In this document: positions 32,345-32,718 of the stretch, piece after piece
Layout: the number at the start of each line of letters is the position of its first letter
Position numbering within the stretch: position 1 is the stretch's first letter
Origin: a virus
Taxonomy: Duplodnaviria > Caudoviricetes
Virus record (IMG/VR): IMGVR_UViG_3300024310_000021
Coordinates: 1 to 32,718 of that record
DNA length: 32,718 bases
Strand: one strand, 5' to 3'
Program-made: the position numbers and the translations under genes
The notes under the pieces: model-generated
The model's input: the letters and a program-made list of their open reading frames with translations, nothing else
Told to the model about the DNA's origin: nothing
Database searches by the model: none

Positions 32345-32351
32345 TCGGCAT
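32229..32351 (-). CDS. 40-aa C2HC zinc-finger-like peptide
   Basis: Not in the ORF track: MPTSPEAAHELECPYCWWRTPRQFIESWLKHVRNCGEARG; C-x2-C-x14-H-x3-C. Confidence 0.55.
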   Translation of the reverse strand: MPTSPEAAHELECPYCWWRTPRQFIESWLKHVRNCGEARG

Positions 32352-32682
32352 CGAGCACCACGCCGCACCGAACGCATAGGCCGCTGTTATCGGGGTCGTC
32401 GTGCTGACCTCTCAGACACCGTTCGCGGGCGGCGGCAACAATTTGCTCGTATTCGCTGCCGGGCTTCTCCGAAGGGGAACCGACGAGGGCTTTGTCAACG
32501 ACCTCGTAGATGTGCTTGTCGTGGTCGGTCTCGCCAGCAAGCGTGTACCCGCGCACCCACGTCAGCGCATGCCGCAGCGTCTTCTCCCGCTCCTGCGCGG
32601 CCAGAAGTTCGGCCTCAAGCGCGAGGTAGGCACGAGCGAGCCTCATCATGTCGACCGGATCGAGCCAACCGTCGTGCTCCAA
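32341..32682 (-). CDS. Hypothetical protein with C-terminal Cys/His motif (113 aa or more; start uncertain)
   Basis: Coiled coil 'LALEAELLAAQEREKTLR' and 'CLRGQH...CVRCG'. Confidence 0.6.
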   Translation of the reverse strand: MEHDGWLDPVDMMRLARAYLALEAELLAAQEREKTLRHALTWVRGYTLAGETDHDKHIYEVVDKALVGSPSEKPGSEYEQIVAAARERCLRGQHDDPDNSGLCVRCGVVLDAD

Positions 32683-32718
32683 GGCGTCGTTTGCAATGAC
32701 TCTCGCTTCCTGCTCAGC

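Noticed and set aside
1-32718. tRNA, rRNA, integrase, transposase or lysis genes
   Set aside because: None recognised by eye; intergenic gaps are mostly too short for RNA genes. A tRNAscan/Infernal run would be needed for certainty.

Overview
A high-GC (~70% by eye) fragment of a tailed dsDNA phage or prophage, probably from an Actinomycetota host (inferred from GC content and the terminase types). Almost all genes are on the minus strand, tightly chained by (A/G)TGA stop-start overlaps. Reading right to left: (1) an early/accessory and DNA-metabolism region with a beta-helix protein, a winged-HTH protein, two paralogous GREB1-like/TET-associated-type glycosyltransferases sharing a small partner domain, an Hjc-like nuclease, a C5-cytosine MTase, a RecA-fold RepA/AAA_25 helicase and a DPPY amino-MTase; (2) a ~270 bp iteron-like repeat cluster, a candidate origin; (3) HNH and terminase small subunit, a chain of micro-ORFs plus a secreted-protein moron, terminase large subunit, portal, and a 1129-aa polyprotein fusing an HK97-type prohead protease, an S49/SppA-type protease and the major capsid protein; (4) directly behind the capsid, a ~7 kb cassette of 5 glycosyltransferase genes (6 domains), 3 methyltransferases and a NodB-like deacetylase, with no membrane or export component, which is a candidate virion-glycosylation pathway whose first gene appears to start at ATT; (5) Ser/Thr/Gly-rich putative virion proteins interleaved with two exported carbohydrate-active proteins. 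No integrase, lysis, tail tube or tape measure genes, RNA genes or CRISPR arrays were recognised. All calls come from reading motifs by eye; no searches were run.
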